DNA from: Lama guanicoe
Lineage: Eukaryota
NCBI GenBank assembly: GCA_013239625.1
Contig: MU053629.1
Location: 3,871,567-3,935,566, forward strand
Length of the DNA stretch: 64,000 nt
Reading direction: 5' to 3'
Made by a program: the position numbers and the translations under genes. The stretch's first letter is position 1; each line of letters opens with the position of its first letter. This document shows, piece after piece, positions 60,224-64,000 of the stretch. Below the pieces are notes generated by a model. The model saw nothing but the letters and a program-made list of their open reading frames with translations. It was not told where the DNA came from and did no database searches.

Positions 60224-63200
60224 GTGACGTTCCCAGCCCTTCTGTTAAATAGTGTGTTGGTCTGTAAAAGCCCAAAGCATTGGGGCTCCCTGGACAAGAT
60301 GATGCCAGAGGGGACCCTCAGCCTCTGGAGCCCCGAGACCCCAAGAGCTAGGTGGGGATGGGGAGCCCCAGCCTGGTGATGGCCTCACCTGCTGGCTTGC
60401 TCTCTCCGGACCAGACCTGAGACACTGGTCCTTGCCCAGTGTCCCCCTGGGCCTGAGGCCATCGGCCCCACCTACTGGGCAGGATTCCCATGGCGGGTAG
60501 GGGTGAGGGCAGTGTGCCGACACTTGGGCTGTATTTTATTTCCTTCCTCCTCCCCTTGTAGCACGTTCTAAGCGCACCCAAGGGGTATATGCAGACTTGG
60601 GACAGACGCAGAGAGGACTGAGACCCACCCCTTCCTACATGAGAGTCGAGGCCAGCCAGGGGCACTGACCAGCAGCACAGACACCTGCTCAGGCCAAGGG
60701 AGGGGCTGCATTTAAGGCTCTAGGTGCACGGGACGGAGAGGTCAGAGAGGGCTTCTCAGAGGCAGCAGTCTATCTCCTGGAATTTGGACGACTTGGCCCG
60801 CAGCCTAGGCCTGATGAGGTGTTACCCAGTCTGCTCAACCAAAGAGGCCGTGGGAGGTGAGGCCTGGCCCAGGGAAGCGTCCCTGAGCCAGACAGTTGGG
60901 GTAGGCTGAACCCTAGGGCACAGGGTACCATCCCCGTGAGGAGCCCTGGGGCAAGGCCAGGACACAGATCTTGATGAGGTGGGAGGAGAGGATGGGAGGG
61001 CATTTGGCGGGGCTGGGGTGGGAGGTGCTGAGACTCAGAGGGGGACAGGAAGGCACACTTGGCCTTGAATTAAAAGCCTTTTAGGAGCTGGGAGAGAGGA
61101 AGTGCCCCACCCCCTCAGTCCAATTACCCCACACTCCCTGACCGTTAAAACTGCCTCTTTGCCTTTTAACAATGGAGTGGCTACACCCTGGGACAGAGCT
61201 GCCACTTTCAGACTAGGGCGCCCCTCTCTGAGCCTTATCTGAAGGGGGGAGTAACAGGAATCCCTCCCTCAGTAAGACTGTGTGTCTTCAGGAAGCTGGT
61301 GGGTAAGCACCATGAGAGCAGCCGTGGTTACAGAGAGGGAAACTGAGGCCTAGCAGATGGGGAGACTTGCTTGGTACATGGGTTTCATGGGGAGCCTGCA
61401 GGGAGTATGGAGGAGGGCTCCCCTCGCGAGTGTGGCTCCAGCACTCACTAGTGTGTACCCTCGACCCATATAGCACCTCCCTGGGCCTCAGTTTCCACTT
61501 CTGTGAGATGGGGTGATAACAGAGGTGGACCAGGGCTGGTATACAGAAGGCACCCAGCTCATGGAAGGCACCCCGGGATGCCTGTTGCCCATCTTGTCAC
61601 CGCACGTTCTTCGGGCACAGCGTCATTGCTTCCCTACCTCTCTGTGCCCAAGGCACTCAAGGAATTCTTGTTGCTGGGGGAGAAGGTTGATGCTGCAGTT
61701 TCATGGCCAGGGATGGGATGTGGTGCTCTCCTAGCTCTTGGGAACGCTCAGGCCAGTGCCGGAGGGATGGGTGAAGAAGAGGGCAGTGGTTTGGGGTGTT
61801 CCTGGCTGCCCACCTGCTGGGACTGGCTTAGTGTCCGCACCTGCATCACCCACTGAGGGCTAGAGCTGTCTCTTTGCCTGCTGGCTAAGGAGGAAGTCAG
61901 CTGAGGGCAGAGAGCAGAGCCTCTTTCCAACCCCCGCCCAGAACATCAGCTGGAACCATGAGGGGCCTGGATGGGGACTGTGAGACAGAATGATATGTCC
62001 TTGGAAGGGAGGGGGGCAGAGGGGGGCTGGGGACCTGTGGCTGGGACCTTAATGCCAGGCAGAGGGTGAGGAGCATGCCCTCTGGGGCTGTGCCCAGGCC
62101 TGGGCCACAGTAGAGCGGGCAGCCTACAGGAGGCCCCTTAGGAGGACAGTTTCCTGCCAGGGGCTAGGAGGGCCAGCCCTAAGAGGACATCAGGGGCCCT
62201 GTCACCCTGCGGCTCTGGGGCTTCCAGACGGGGCTGGGCTGAAGGCAGACAGAGCTGACCTCACCCAAGCTCCTGCATGAAGTTGTCAGCAGTGCTTTCT
62301 CCCTTGGGTTTGACTGGACTTTGATCAGTTTCACTTGGAGAAGCTGCGCCATTAAGGGCCTCCGGCAGGTCCTCATCCGGCCTCCAGCGGACCTCCTCCC
62401 TCTGCAAAAGCCCCAGCCCAGCCTGTGTGGGAACCCATCACCCCGCTGGGCAGTCATGGGTGCCCACCTGCTTCTCAGAGCCGAGAGCTCAAAGGAGAGG
62501 CCAGATGTCAAAACCCTGCAGATCCTGAGAGCCGGCCACACACAAAAGCAGTGAGGAGGGGGCTGCCCTTCAAGACAGGCCCCGGCTTCTGTGTGGTGTA
62601 GGTCTGCGCTCAGAAAACTCTTACATTCACACAGTCAGGCAGAGCTGCCCCGAGCTGGAGTGAGAAGGGATTCCACACATCATTCCAGACATTCCTTTTG
62701 GCTGTCTGGGGAAACTGAGGCCCAGAGAGGAGCCGCACACATCTGTGAGGGCTGGCGACCTGCAGCCCTTGAGGAGCGATTTCCTTCAGCGCTTAGAGGC
62801 CCTCAGCTTCTCTGTCTCACAGGGGGTGCTGTGGTTCTGGTGGAAACCTGCACTTCCTGCCAACAGAGGAAACTAGAGGACCGGGGGTTGGGGGTTACTG
62901 GGAGACTCCGCAAAATGCTCAAGGCTGAGGCTGAGACCTCGATTCCGGGCTGGAACGGATCGAGGAGGCCATGTTCCTGACTCTACCCCGCCCTGAGTCC
63001 CCTCTATGGGGTGATTTAGGCCCCCGAATAGTTCAAGTTGAGGCTTGGACTGACCGGGTGCAAATCCTGGTTGGTGCCCCTCACTGACTGTATGGCTTTG
63101 GGCAGGCTGCTGGTGTCTGCCAAACCTTGGATCCTCACCTGTAAAATGAGAAGGTGGCCTCCTCAGAGCTGTGGGAGGACCCAGCGAGTCCCCTGTAGAC

Positions 63201-63285
63201 GGAGAAGTGCAGGGCACAGCACCTGGAACGGTGGAGGGGCTCAGCGTTCCTCCCTCCTTTGGATGTACGGGTGCACGTCCTGCTG

Positions 63286-63293
63286 GCGCACGC

Positions 63294-63324
<31 letters not shown>

Positions 63325-63333
63325 TGTGTGTAC
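63286..63333. repeat. (CG)9(TG)11 compound alternating purine-pyrimidine tract
   Basis: 48 nt of unbroken alternation. Confidence 0.97.
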
Positions 63334-63427
63334 CTACAACATCTGGCGCACAGTAGGTGCCTTGCCTTCTCTGTAGGTCCTTCGTGTGTGTCTGGGGGTG
63401 GGGGGCGCCCCTGTGTGTTAAATTTGA

Positions 63428-64000
<573 letters not shown>

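Overview
Mammalian genomic DNA, most likely camelid (inferred from tRNA-Ala-derived Vic-1-like SINEs and the L1 3' ends). It covers the 3' part of SMAD6, the inhibitory SMAD of BMP signalling, on the + strand: end of intron 2, the 78-nt exon 3 (3149-3226), a 60,322-nt intron 3 (3227-63548) and the start of the last, MH2-coding exon (63549 to beyond the window end). The intron is filled with MIR/L2/L1 fragments, hAT MITEs (MER58A/B, MER5A, MER45A, MER53), LTR16/MLT1A solo LTRs and four tRNA-Ala-derived SINEs. Between them lie repeat-free, motif-dense blocks that look like enhancers. I find no new protein-coding system; the long ORFs in the track look spurious. The best leads are a stop-containing cryptic exon about 0.5 kb after exon 3 that resembles the MH2-less human SMAD6 isoform, three evenly spaced recursive-splice-like sites, two local duplications next to or inside enhancer-like blocks, a near-intact tRNA-Ala copy, and several nested or unusual retrotransposition footprints. 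Repeat family names and human comparisons are from memory and were not checked against a database.
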